Shown here piece after piece: positions 34,363 through 43,596 of a DNA stretch of 64,000 nucleotides. The notes below the pieces were generated by a model. It made no database searches, was not told the origin of the DNA, and saw only the letters and a list, made by a program, of their open reading frames with translations. Numbering within the stretch: position 1 is the first letter of the stretch; every line of letters begins with the position of its first letter. Origin of the DNA: Thermoanaerobaculia bacterium (GTDB taxonomy: Bacteria; Acidobacteriota; Thermoanaerobaculia; UBA5066; Gp7-AA6); NCBI GenBank assembly GCA_038203955.1, contig JBBRDK010000007.1, positions 299 through 64,298 of the forward strand. Direction: 5' to 3'. The translations under genes were made by a program, and so were the position numbers.

Positions 34363-36588
34363 CTAAAGCAGCTTGTCCGGCGTGATGGGGAGGTCGCGGA
34401 TGCGCCGGCCGGTCGCGTGGTAGACGGCGTTGGCGACCGCCGCGGCGACTCCGGTGATTCCGATCTCGCCGATTCCCCGGCACCCGAGGGTGTTGATCTG
34501 AGGGTCCGGGCGGTCGATGAAATACGCCTCGATTCCCTCGACGTCGGCGTTGACCGGAACCGGGTAGTCGGCGAGGTTGTCGGTGACGGCCCGGCCGGTC
34601 CTCGGGTCGTAGGCCGTGTGCTCCATCAGAGCCATGCCGATACCCATCGTGACTCCGCCCAGGATCTGGCTGCGGCTCGTCTTGGGATTGAGCACACGCC
34701 CGTTGTCGATGACCGAGACGAACCGCGTCACGCGCACGCGCGGAAGAAGCGGATCGATCTTGACCTCGCAGAACTGGGCTCCGTACGAGTGAAACGAGTA
34801 GGCCTTCGATTTTTCGTCATCCAGCTTCACGGACGCCTCCGCGTCGATCGTGCCGCGGCCCGACGCCCGGATCAGCTCCTTCCAGTCCACGGACTTCGCG
34901 GGGTCGGCGGAGGACGCGAGGCGGCCGGCCGAAAGAACGGTGTCCTTTCCGGCGATCCCGGCGAGCGGAGACCGCGGATCCGAGGCGGCGATCTTCGCCA
35001 GCGCGTCGCGCATGGCCGCGCCCGCCTGGAAGATCGCCTCGCTGACGCTCGCGGTGGTGTTCGATCCGCCGGCGACCGGCGCCGCCGGGAAATCCGAGTC
35101 GCCAAGCTCGAGCCGGACGCGGTCCTGCGGGAGCCCGAGGGCATCCGCCGCCACCTGGGTGAGAACCGTGTAGGCCCCGGTGCCCAGGTCGTGCGCGGCA
35201 GTTCGGACCGTCGCGGTCCCGTCCGCGGCCAGGGAAATCCTCGCCGACGCCGGGAAGCGGTAGCCCGGATAGGTCGCCGTGGCCACGCCCCATCCGACGA
35301 GGAGATCCCCGTCGCGCATCGAGCGGGGCGCCGGGGTGCGCCGGGCCCAGCCGAATTTCTGAGCGCCGAGCGCGTAACACTCCTTCAGAAATTTGCTCGA
35401 AAACGGCTTTCCCGTGGACGGGTCCGTGTCCGCGTAATTTCGAAGGCGGAGCTCGATCGGATCAATCGAGAGCTTTTCCGCGAGCTCGTCCATCGCGGAC
35501 TCGAGCGCCCAGGTCCCGGGACACTCCCCCGGGGCGCGCATCGGCGTCGGCGTCGCCACATTGATCCGGACGAGCCGATGCGGAGTCTCGACGTTGGCGC
35601 ACGCGTACATGTGAGGGCTCGTTGAGTGCCCGCACGCCTCGATGTATTCGGACATAGGCGAGCTCGGCTGCAGGGTCTCATGGCGGATCGCCGCCAGCTT
35701 CCCGTCCGGCCACGCCGCGAGCGTCAGCGTCTGCGTCGTCGGCGGGCGATGCCCGACCGAGGAAAACATCTGCGCGCGGGTCAGGACGATCCGGACGGGC
35801 CGGCGGACCGCGCGCGCCGCCATCGCCGCGAGGATCGTGTGAGGCCACTGAAACCCCTTGCACCCGAACCCGCCTCCCACGAAGGGACAGATCACGCGTA
35901 CGTTCTCGCGGGGGATTCCGAACGCATCGGCGAGGATCGCGCGTGTCCCCATGACCCATTGCGTCGCGTCGTGGACGACGAGCCGGTCGCCCCGCCATTC
36001 CGCCACGGTCGCCGAAAGCTCCATCGGGTTGTGCGTCTCGACGGGAGTCGTGTACTTCGCCTCGATCCGCACGGTTCCGGAAGCGGCCAGAGCCGCCGGG
36101 ACGTCGCCCCGACGGTACTGGAGCTCCTCGCCGAAACTCTGTTTCGGAAAAGAGGATGGCGCGCGAGGATCCGCCGGATCGAGAACCGGCTCCTCCTTCT
36201 GGTAGGCGACGCGCACCCGGGAGGCCGCGAATCGCGCCTGCTGCAGCGTCCCGGCGACGACCAGTGCGATGGCCTGACCCGCGTAATGGACGACGTCGTC
36301 CTCGAAGGGCATCCGCTCCTCGCCGAGCATGCCGCCGGTGAAAAAGTCGGACTTCGGCTTGACCACCTTCGGCGCCGCCCCGCGGAGAAGGACCGCGAGA
36401 ACGCCCGGCGCCTCCCGCGCGGCCTTCGTGTCCATCGAGACGATCCGTCCTCTCGAGATCGTGCTCGTCACGAGAACTCCATGGACGAGCCCTTCGGGAC
36501 GGTTCTCCGCCGAATAGCGCGCCTCGCCGGTGACCTTCAACCGTCCGTCGACGCGATCGATCGGTTTTCCGACGGAAGAATCGCTCAT
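34363..36588 (-). CDS. Xanthine dehydrogenase family molybdopterin-binding large subunit
   Basis: 741 aa. N-terminal VGKPIDRVDGRLKVTGEARY and the GGGFG motif (VGGGFGCKG). Typical CoxL/XdhA architecture. Confidence 0.85.
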   Translation of the reverse strand: MSDSSVGKPIDRVDGRLKVTGEARYSAENRPEGLVHGVLVTSTISRGRIVSMDTKAAREAPGVLAVLLRGAAPKVVKPKSDFFTGGMLGEERMPFEDDVVHYAGQAIALVVAGTLQQARFAASRVRVAYQKEEPVLDPADPRAPSSFPKQSFGEELQYRRGDVPAALAASGTVRIEAKYTTPVETHNPMELSATVAEWRGDRLVVHDATQWVMGTRAILADAFGIPRENVRVICPFVGGGFGCKGFQWPHTILAAMAARAVRRPVRIVLTRAQMFSSVGHRPPTTQTLTLAAWPDGKLAAIRHETLQPSSPMSEYIEACGHSTSPHMYACANVETPHRLVRINVATPTPMRAPGECPGTWALESAMDELAEKLSIDPIELRLRNYADTDPSTGKPFSSKFLKECYALGAQKFGWARRTPAPRSMRDGDLLVGWGVATATYPGYRFPASARISLAADGTATVRTAAHDLGTGAYTVLTQVAADALGLPQDRVRLELGDSDFPAAPVAGGSNTTASVSEAIFQAGAAMRDALAKIAASDPRSPLAGIAGKDTVLSAGRLASSADPAKSVDWKELIRASGRGTIDAEASVKLDDEKSKAYSFHSYGAQFCEVKIDPLLPRVRVTRFVSVIDNGRVLNPKTSRSQILGGVTMGIGMALMEHTAYDPRTGRAVTDNLADYPVPVNADVEGIEAYFIDRPDPQINTLGCRGIGEIGITGVAAAVANAVYHATGRRIRDLPITPDKLL

Positions 36589-36700
36589 CGTTCTCCTCGA
36601 AGGGCCTGTCGCAACGGGCCGGCGGCCCTCGTCTCGCTTCTCGTTTGTCCCCCGCGTGAGCCTGACGTTATCAAGAGTTCCACGCGCCCCCCCGGCGTCT

Positions 36701-36728
36701 CGCCTTCAGCCTTCCGCCTACCGCTTAT
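36701..36728. repeat. Degenerate C-rich heptamers CGCCTTC AGCCTTC CGCCTAC CGCTTAT
   Basis: Four units in register overlapping the stop of the hydrolase gene. A degenerate piece of the 56-nt element (gtctcgcttctcgtttgtc) lies at 36631-36649. Confidence 0.5.
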
Positions 36729-37789
36729 CGTTCCGGCAGCCCCTCCAGGAACTTCTTCAGGTGCTCTCCCCAGACGGCGGGCCAGGAGTGGGTGCCGTGG
36801 CCCCGCGTTTGGGGACCCGTCGGGATCAGCACGTACCGCCCCTTCGGGACTCGCGGCATCAGCTTCTCCATGAGGCCGAGCTCGGGAGGGTTGATGGTGT
36901 CGTCGGCGAAGTTGATCGCGAGCACGGGGGAGACGATCTGCTCGAGCCCGGGCGAGGGGTCGTATTCTCGGGAAGCCTCGAAGGCGTAGAGAAAATCGTT
37001 GGCGTCCGCGCCCGAGAGGCGCGCGGCCATCTGCTCCGACAGGAGGCGGTCGGCCGCGTCGCGCGTCGGCGCCAGGGTCTGCCACTGCACCGGGGCGGAG
37101 ACCATCACGAGCAGGATCTGCACCGCCGCCCGGAGTCCCCGCGGCTGGGAGGTGTAGTCCCCGTTCTTCCACTCCGGATCTTCGCGGATGTCCTCCGAAA
37201 TCATCCGGCGAAGCACGCGGTTGCGCCCCGCGATCGCGGCGGGAACGGCGGCGAGCGGGACCAGGCCGTCGGCAAACCCCGGATACTTTTCCGCCCAGAC
37301 CCAGGCGTGCATCGCGCCCATGGAAGTCCCCAGGACGAGCCTCAGGTGGTTGACCCCGAGCCCGGAGGTCACGAGGGCGTGCTGGGCGGCCACCATGTCG
37401 TCGTAGGTGTAGCGCGGGAAGCGGGCGTGGAGACCCTGGCTCGGGCGGGTCGACTCGCCGTGGCCGATGCCGTCCGGAAGGATCAGGTAGTAACGCGACG
37501 CATCGAGGAGCTGGCCGGGCCCGAAGAGCGTCCCCGCGAAGTTGGGGCTCAGGAACCCCTTGCCAGATCCCGTCGTCCCATGCAGCACGAGCACCGCGTT
37601 GCGAACGGTTCCAGAAGCGTCCCGCCTCGGCGTCCCGATCGTCCGGTAGTGGAGGACGAGATCCGGAAGCGTCTCGCCGCTGACGAAACGGAAATCCCGG
37701 ATGTGAAAGTTCCCCGGGACCGGTTCGGGGGCCGCTGCCGCCGCCAGGGGAAGGAGGGACGCGAGAACCGCCAGCAGCGCTGTTTTCAT
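36725..37789 (-). CDS. Secreted alpha/beta-fold hydrolase (MetX-like fold)
   Basis: 354 aa with a signal peptide. VLVLHGTTGSG and nucleophile elbow GTSMGAMHAW. Confidence 0.75.
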   Translation of the reverse strand: MKTALLAVLASLLPLAAAAAPEPVPGNFHIRDFRFVSGETLPDLVLHYRTIGTPRRDASGTVRNAVLVLHGTTGSGKGFLSPNFAGTLFGPGQLLDASRYYLILPDGIGHGESTRPSQGLHARFPRYTYDDMVAAQHALVTSGLGVNHLRLVLGTSMGAMHAWVWAEKYPGFADGLVPLAAVPAAIAGRNRVLRRMISEDIREDPEWKNGDYTSQPRGLRAAVQILLVMVSAPVQWQTLAPTRDAADRLLSEQMAARLSGADANDFLYAFEASREYDPSPGLEQIVSPVLAINFADDTINPPELGLMEKLMPRVPKGRYVLIPTGPQTRGHGTHSWPAVWGEHLKKFLEGLPER

Positions 37790-37830
37790 GGCCGTACCTT
37801 AGTCGAAAGGAAGGGGATCGAAACGAGATG

Positions 37831-37858
37831 GTTCAGCGTTAAGCGTCGAGCGTCGAGC
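37831..37858. repeat. Heptamer array GTTCAGC GTTAAGC GTCGAGC GTCGAGC
   Basis: Four units. Inverted relative to 37949-37980. Confidence 0.85.
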
Positions 37859-37913
37859 GCCCGGACCGGGATTCCCGTGACCAGGCCCGGTTCGCAACCG
37901 CCTGATCCCTCCC

Positions 37914-37980
37914 GACTCTCAACTCTCAACTCTGAACTGTCGACTCGGAACGCTGAACGCTCAACGCTGAACGCTCAACC
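37914..37980. repeat. 9.5-unit heptamer array passing through three unit families in one register
   Basis: GACTCTC AACTCTC AACTCTG AACTGTC GACTCGG AACGCTG AACGCTC AACGCTG AACGCTC AACC. Confidence 0.9.
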
Positions 37981-38029
37981 CGTCTCCTTTCTGCTATCCT
38001 CCACCGCCCGCGGAGGAGCTCGGCGTTAC

Positions 38030-38830
38030 ATGAACAATTCACTCTTCGCCGCTCTGCTGGCGATCGGCTGCGCGGGCATCGCCGTCTCGTTCGCGCGTGC
38101 GCGCTCCCGCGAGCTCCTCCTCCAGGACGGGATGACGGAACCGTCGCGGCGGGCGCTGGCCGTCTCCCTTCTGGGGTCGGTTCTCTTACTCACCGTCGCC
38201 ATCCCGTTCGCAGGCGGACTCGCGGGAAGCCGCCCGGAGACCAAGCACCTCTCCGTAATCTCCCTGTTCGCCGTGCACGCGGTGCTGTCGTTGTTCCTGG
38301 TCCTGTACTACGCGCTTTCGAGGCGGACGTCGGTTGCCGAATTCCTGAAGCTGAAGAGCGCGCGACCCGCGGCGGATTTGGGCGCCGGCCTCTGGATCGG
38401 CCTGGCGGGATGGCTTCTCACGATCGTCGTGCTGATCGGAGTGGTGGTGGTCTGGTACCTGCTGCGCCAGCGCGGAGTCGGCCCCGCGGCCGCGGGCGCA
38501 GTGAACCCGACCATCCGCTGGATCGTTTCCCAGCCGCTCGTGGTGCGGATTGCCATCGTCTGCTCCGCGATGGTGGTCGAGGAGCTCTTCTTCCGCTCTT
38601 TCCTTCAGACGCGCGTGGGGCCCCTCGCGGCGACTCTGATGTTCACCGCCGCGCACGGCGTGTACGGGCAACCTCTGGTTCTGGTGGGAATCCTGGTGAT
38701 TTCGGCGGTGCTCTCGGCGACCTTCGTGCTCTACGGAAACGTGCTGCCCTGCATCGTCGCGCACGGCACCTTCGACGCGATCCAGATGTTCGTGCTGATA
38801 CCGATGAGTTTGAGTCAGATGGGGAGTTAG
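38030..38830 (+). CDS. CPBP-family intramembrane glutamic endopeptidase (CAAX protease-like)
   Basis: Start at ATG 38030; the track ORF from 36530 is a chimera. Multi-TM protein with motifs EELFFRSFLQ, FTAAHG and AHGTFD. Confidence 0.8.
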   Translation: MNNSLFAALLAIGCAGIAVSFARARSRELLLQDGMTEPSRRALAVSLLGSVLLLTVAIPFAGGLAGSRPETKHLSVISLFAVHAVLSLFLVLYYALSRRTSVAEFLKLKSARPAADLGAGLWIGLAGWLLTIVVLIGVVVVWYLLRQRGVGPAAAGAVNPTIRWIVSQPLVVRIAIVCSAMVVEELFFRSFLQTRVGPLAATLMFTAAHGVYGQPLVLVGILVISAVLSATFVLYGNVLPCIVAHGTFDAIQMFVLIPMSLSQMGS

Positions 38831-38865
38831 TTTTCAGTCATCAGTTCTCAGTTTTCAGTTCTCCG
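38831..38865. repeat. Heptamer array TTTTCAG TCATCAG TTCTCAG TTTTCAG TTCTCCG
   Basis: Starts at the nt after the CPBP stop. Contains the stop codon (38848-38850) of the convergent metalloprotease gene. Confidence 0.9.
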
Positions 38866-40092
38866 TTTGGCTCCGTTGACGCTGATGGCCTTCGTTTCCC
38901 GTTTCCCGTTTCCCGTTTCCCGGCTCCGGCCCCCCGTCTTCACGATCGTCAGATCCGGCCCCCGCCGGGTGACCGAACCCCCGAGCTTCGCCGCGGCGGT
39001 CCAGGCGTTGGCGAATCGCTCCGCGGAGCCGGGGGATTCGAATCGCAGCTTCCACACGTAGGCGATGTCCCGGCCGGCCGCGTAGAAAGCGATCCGATCC
39101 CCCCTCCATCCGGCGGCGAGAGGATCCGCCTGGGCTGCCGCGAGTCCCCGCCGGAGGAGAAAGCGGACGCCCCACTCGCCGATGGTGTCCGTGTACAGCG
39201 TCCGGAATCCGGCCGGCGCCAGGCGGTCGGCCGCGGGTGCGGTCATGAGGTCTTCGGCGGGGGCGAACGCCGGCCCCTCGTGGAGGATCTCGGAGGTCGT
39301 GGCGGGCGGGTTCTTCCACATGCGGTCGATCCCCGCCCAGCCGCCGGCCTTCACGACGCGGCGCACGTAGGCGGTTCCTTCGACGTAGGGGAAGAAGAGC
39401 TGCTGCGAGAAGTAGTCGGGAAGGTCCTTCGGCATTTTCGCGCTCTCGAGCGCTCCGGCGGAGAGGAGAGGCGCGAGGCTTTCTTCGACCTCGGAGCTCT
39501 GTCCTCCCGGCAGCGATGACAGGGCGACGCGGACCATGACCAGAGTCGCCTCGCCCTCGAGCAGGCTCTCGAGAGCGAGAGCCCGGTCCCCGTTGTCCTT
39601 CAACTGCTTCACACGGCGGTCGAGCTTCATGGATTCGTCCTGCAGCGCGTGCGTCAGCTCGTGAGCGAAGATCATGCGCTCCCCGGCGTCGGAGGAGAGC
39701 TCCTCGGGGGCCGGTATGGCCGGCGACCCGCCTTTCACGAGGAAGAATTTCCGCGGTTCCGGGTCGTAAAACGCGATCACCTGGCTTGCGTAGAAGTCGA
39801 GGAGCCGATCGACCAGGTTCGGTGTCTCCTCGAAGAACCCGATCGCCACCATCGTACGCATCGTGTCTTCCGGCGACGCGGGAAAGCCTTCGAGAAGCTT
39901 GGCCCGAAGCACCTTCTTGAGCTCGACGGGATCGATCTCGCTGGCGGGGATCTGCCGCTCGAACCGGCGCCCCCGGACGCTTTCCACCTGGCGCGCGACC
40001 TCCTCGACCCGGGCCGGGAGGAGAGCGGTCGCGCCCGCGGTCGCGAGCGCCAGGCACGCCAGCAGGGCCGCGGGCAGCCGTCCAAAGTTCAT
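38848..40092 (-). CDS. Secreted HExxH zinc-metalloprotease-like protein
   Basis: 414 aa with a signal peptide and FAHELTHALQDE. The C-terminal ~25 residues are encoded by repeat arrays. Confidence 0.7.
   Translation of the reverse strand: MNFGRLPAALLACLALATAGATALLPARVEEVARQVESVRGRRFERQIPASEIDPVELKKVLRAKLLEGFPASPEDTMRTMVAIGFFEETPNLVDRLLDFYASQVIAFYDPEPRKFFLVKGGSPAIPAPEELSSDAGERMIFAHELTHALQDESMKLDRRVKQLKDNGDRALALESLLEGEATLVMVRVALSSLPGGQSSEVEESLAPLLSAGALESAKMPKDLPDYFSQQLFFPYVEGTAYVRRVVKAGGWAGIDRMWKNPPATTSEILHEGPAFAPAEDLMTAPAADRLAPAGFRTLYTDTIGEWGVRFLLRRGLAAAQADPLAAGWRGDRIAFYAAGRDIAYVWKLRFESPGSAERFANAWTAAAKLGGSVTRRGPDLTIVKTGGRSRETGNGKRETKAISVNGAKRRTEN
38894..38921. repeat. (GTTTCCC)x4 perfect array inside the 3' end of a CDS
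   Basis: 28 nt, translated on the minus strand as ...RETGNGKRETK... Confidence 0.9.
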
Positions 40093-40191
40093 GGACGGAG
40101 GGTAACAGCGGACTTCCGGCCGGCTGCTATCTTTATGCAGAGCCTTTCGGCTAAGATCCGCCGGGCTTTTAACCCCTATCGAACGAAGTGA

Positions 40192-40659
40192 ATGAGTTCA
40201 TCAAGCTCTTCCAGCGCGACCGGCCCGGTCCGGATGTCTCTTTCGAGCCGTTTCGAAAACATCGAAATGGCTCAGCACCTGTGTGGAAAGCTTCTGGACC
40301 CGGAAAACCTCTCGGATGAGACGCGGCACTGGATTCTGATGGCGCTGCGGGAGGCGCTGGCGAACGCGATCAAGCACGGGAACGGGCAGGACCGCGCCAA
40401 GAGGGTCCACCTGGAGATGGACGTGACGGCGCGGATCCTGCGGATTCACATCCGGGACGAGGGCGAGGGCTTCGATCCCGAGAAGGTCGAGGACCCGCTG
40501 GCGCCCGAAAATCGGTTCAAGACGTCCGGACGTGGCATCTTCTACATGAAAACGTTCATGGATGAAGTCCGCTTCCAGAGGGCGGAGGGGGGCGGAATGG
40601 AGTTGTTTCTCACCAAGAATCTCGCGGAGGGGAAGGAGAAGGAGGAAAAGGGATCATGA
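40192..40659 (+). CDS. Anti-sigma regulatory factor, RsbW/SpoIIAB-like serine kinase (HATPase_c_2)
   Basis: LREALANAIKHGN, IRDEGEGFD and SGRGIFYM boxes. Confidence 0.75.
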   Translation: MSSSSSSSATGPVRMSLSSRFENIEMAQHLCGKLLDPENLSDETRHWILMALREALANAIKHGNGQDRAKRVHLEMDVTARILRIHIRDEGEGFDPEKVEDPLAPENRFKTSGRGIFYMKTFMDEVRFQRAEGGGMELFLTKNLAEGKEKEEKGS

Positions 40660-41000
40660 AAACGAGCGTGCGAGAGGGTCGGGGCGGGGTGCAGATCCTC
40701 GACCTCAAGGGCAAGATCACCATCGGGTCGGGCGACGTGCAGCTGCGCGAAACGATCAACAAGCTGGTGGACGAGGGCAAGAAAAATATCCTCATCAACA
40801 TGCAGGATGTGACGACTATCGACTCTTCCGGGATCGGCGAGCTCGTCGGCTGCTACACGTCCGTCACCAACAAGGGCGGCAAGTTGAGGCTCCTGCATCT
40901 CCCGCCGAAGATCAACGACGTTCTCACGGTGACTCAGCTCATCACGGTGTTCGACGTCTACGAATCGGAGGAGGAGGCGGTGGCGGGCTTCGCGGGTTAA
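40656..41000 (+). CDS. STAS-domain anti-sigma-factor antagonist (RsbV/SpoIIAA-like)
   Basis: ATGA overlap with the upstream gene. MQDVTTIDSSGIGELVG contains the phosphorylatable-Ser context. Confidence 0.85.
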   Translation: MKTSVREGRGGVQILDLKGKITIGSGDVQLRETINKLVDEGKKNILINMQDVTTIDSSGIGELVGCYTSVTNKGGKLRLLHLPPKINDVLTVTQLITVFDVYESEEEAVAGFAG

Positions 41001-41061
41001 GCAGGCGCGCGACTCATCGACAGGCGGGAACGCCTTCGCATTCGCCTTCGACCGCTTTGCC

Positions 41062-41916
41062 GTGGAGGCGCGACCGGCTGTCGAGGAGGCCCTCGCCCGC
41101 GCCGTCCCGGAGGGGACGCCGGCGGGTCCCGCGCTCGCGCGCGCGATGTCGGAGGCGGTGCTCTCTCCCGGCAAGAGGCTCCGGCCGCTCGTGGCGCTGG
41201 CCGCCGGAGCGATGGCTCGCGCCCCGCAGCGCGCGGTCATGCCGGTCGCGGTCGCGGTCGAGCTCGTTCACGCCGCCTCGCTCGTCTTAGACGATCTCCC
41301 GTCGATGGACAACGCCCGGCGGCGCCGCGGCCGGCCCGCCCTCCACGTGACGCACGGCGTCTCGACCGCCGAGCTCGCGTCCGTGGCCCTCCTGAGCCGC
41401 GCGTTCGAGACCCTCGCGTTTGCGCCCGAAGTCCCCGCCGGAGGCCGCGCCCGGCTGGTCTCGGAGCTTTCGCGGGCCGTCGGAGCGGAAGGCTGCTGCG
41501 GGGGGCAGGCCGCGGACCTGTCGGCGGATCCGGCCCGTTTGACCCTGGAAGAGCTCGAGAGCATCCACGCGCGCAAGACCGGCGCCCTCTTCGTCGCGGC
41601 CGTGCGCGGCGGCGCGATCGCCGGCGGGGCCTCCGATTCGGACCTCGATCTCCTGACCGTCTTCGCGCGCAACCTGGGGCTCGCGTTTCAGATCACCGAC
41701 GACCTCCTCGACCTCGAGGGAAGCCCTGAGGTCATGGGCAAGGACACGCTGCGGGACGGCCACCGGGCCAACTTCGCCACGCTCTTCGGAGCGGAGGCCG
41801 CGCGGCGGCTCGTGGACGAGCTCCTGGAAGCCGCAGTGTCCGCGCTCTCGTCCTTCCGGTCCCGCGCCGCGGTCCTCGCCGATCTGGCGCGCGTGGTCCG
41901 CGACCGCCGATCGTGA
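41062..41916 (+). CDS. Polyprenyl (farnesyl/geranylgeranyl) diphosphate synthase
   Basis: FARM LVLDDLPSMDNARRRRG and SARM FQITDDLLD. GTG start. Confidence 0.85.
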   Translation: MEARPAVEEALARAVPEGTPAGPALARAMSEAVLSPGKRLRPLVALAAGAMARAPQRAVMPVAVAVELVHAASLVLDDLPSMDNARRRRGRPALHVTHGVSTAELASVALLSRAFETLAFAPEVPAGGRARLVSELSRAVGAEGCCGGQAADLSADPARLTLEELESIHARKTGALFVAAVRGGAIAGGASDSDLDLLTVFARNLGLAFQITDDLLDLEGSPEVMGKDTLRDGHRANFATLFGAEAARRLVDELLEAAVSALSSFRSRAAVLADLARVVRDRRS

Positions 41917-43508
41917 CGGGGGGGGACCCTCTCGATCTCGAGGAGGCGCGGCGCAAGCTCCGCGATCTGGGATACCTGGACGGCCGCGTCGAGCGTTACG
42001 TCTTCAGCCGGGTGTTCGAGGGGCGGCGGGGAGTTCTGGTTCCCGTCGCGATTGCCCTCGCGGCGGCGTGCGCGGTGGGATGCGTGGCGGCCGTGCTTTC
42101 GGCGGAGCCCGAGTTCCTCCGGTCCGGATCGGGACCCCTCGTGCTCCTGGTGCACCTCTCGCTCGCGTTCTTTTTTCCGGCCGCGCTGGCGGCCGCCGCC
42201 GGCGCGGCGATCGCGGACCGGTCCCGCTCCGCCGGGCCGGGTGCCGCGGCGTGCGGCCTTCTGGCGGCGTCGGCCGTCTTCCTGCTCTGGATCGGAGGGG
42301 CGTGGGGTCTCGGACGCGCTCTGAGGGGGTCGGCACTCCTCTGGGGCTTCCCCGTCGCGATCGCCGCGCTCGGAGCGGCCCGGAGCGCCCGCGCCGCCTA
42401 TCTCGCCCGCGCGTACGCCCACTCGGGAGCGCTGCCGCGCGCCCGGCGACACGGGGCCCTCTTCGGGATCGCCGCCGCCGCGCTCGTCGTCGCCGCCGCG
42501 GTCTTCGCGTCGCGTCCCGAAGACGTCGCCTCGCCGCCGCTCCACGTCGCCCCGCGCCACGAGCGCGTCGTCGTCGTGGCGATCGACGGCATCGCGGGAG
42601 CCGCCGCGGGGGCCATCGGGGATCCGGCCCTCGCCCGGGTTCTCGAAGGCGCGCCGGCCGGCTGGTGGCGTCAGGAGCCCGCTGCCCCCCCGGAGGTATG
42701 GACGACTGCGGCGACGGGCGTCGACTCCGTTCGCCACGGCGTTCGAGCCCTCGAGCGTGTCCGCCCGGCGGGGTCTCCGGCCGCCCTGCGTGCGCCCTTC
42801 GGGAGCCGCTGGTACCTTCGCCTCGTCGGTCCCGCGCTGTCGCTCGTCTCGAGCGCTCCCGTGTCCGCCGCCGACCGGCGCGCGCTGACGTTCTGGGAAG
42901 TCGCCGCGTCGGCGGGACTTCCGTCGGGCGCGATCGGCTGGTGGGCCTCCGGCCCGTGGCCGGGAGCCGTCGTCGTCGACAACCGGCAGGTCCTCTCCCT
43001 CGCCCGGACCGGCGAGGAGGCGGACGCGATCGCCCTCGAGCGCTGGCCGGCCCTGCGCGGCGCGGCGATCGCGGCGCTCTACCTGCCCGGCCCCGACATC
43101 CTGCGGCGGGACAGGGCGCGTCGCGCCGCGGAGATCGAGCGCATCGGCCGTTTTCTGAGCGACGAGATCCGGGCCGCGCGCGCGGGAGAGATCGCCCTCG
43201 TCGTGCTGACCGCGGATACCCACGCTCCGGCCGGGTCGCTCGCGCGGGCGACCGTGTTCGACGGCCGGTCCTCCGCGCTCGTACGCATCCAGGCCGCCGA
43301 CGTGGCGCCTTCCGTCCTCGCGCGCGCGGGCATTCCCGCCGCGGAGGATCTGCGAGGCCACGCCGTCCCGGCTCTCTTCCGGGAAGGTTCGCTCGAAAAA
43401 GCGACGGTCGCGACCTACGGCTCGAGGATCGCGCCTGCCGCGGGATCGAGCGTCACGACGGATCGGGAGTATTTGAGGAGGCTGAAGGCGCTGGGGTATC
43501 TGAATTGA
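41913..43508 (+). CDS. Hypothetical integral membrane protein with an alkaline-phosphatase-superfamily-like soluble domain
   Basis: GTGA overlap with the synthase stop. Four or more TM segments followed by VVVVAIDGIAG... The N- and C-termini share an R(K/R)L(R/K)xLGYL motif. Confidence 0.55.
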   Translation: MTGGDPLDLEEARRKLRDLGYLDGRVERYVFSRVFEGRRGVLVPVAIALAAACAVGCVAAVLSAEPEFLRSGSGPLVLLVHLSLAFFFPAALAAAAGAAIADRSRSAGPGAAACGLLAASAVFLLWIGGAWGLGRALRGSALLWGFPVAIAALGAARSARAAYLARAYAHSGALPRARRHGALFGIAAAALVVAAAVFASRPEDVASPPLHVAPRHERVVVVAIDGIAGAAAGAIGDPALARVLEGAPAGWWRQEPAAPPEVWTTAATGVDSVRHGVRALERVRPAGSPAALRAPFGSRWYLRLVGPALSLVSSAPVSAADRRALTFWEVAASAGLPSGAIGWWASGPWPGAVVVDNRQVLSLARTGEEADAIALERWPALRGAAIAALYLPGPDILRRDRARRAAEIERIGRFLSDEIRAARAGEIALVVLTADTHAPAGSLARATVFDGRSSALVRIQAADVAPSVLARAGIPAAEDLRGHAVPALFREGSLEKATVATYGSRIAPAAGSSVTTDREYLRRLKALGYLN

Positions 43509-43542
43509 GCGCGGTTGAGCGTCGAGCGTCGAACGTTGAGCG
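43505..43542. repeat. Heptamer array TTGAGCG (cgg) TTGAGCG TCGAGCG TCGAACG TTGAGCG
   Basis: The stop TGA (43506-43508) lies in the first unit. Inverted relative to 43597-43631. Confidence 0.85.
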
Positions 43543-43596
43543 TTTTGTAAAAAGACGAGGAATAGATACGGAGAGCCGAGGTCCGCGCTTCTTCCC

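Noticed and set aside
36530-38029. Upstream 500 codons of track ORF 36530..38830
   Set aside because: This stretch runs antisense through the hydrolase gene and across the repeat arrays. Only the last 266 codons (CPBP protease) look like protein.
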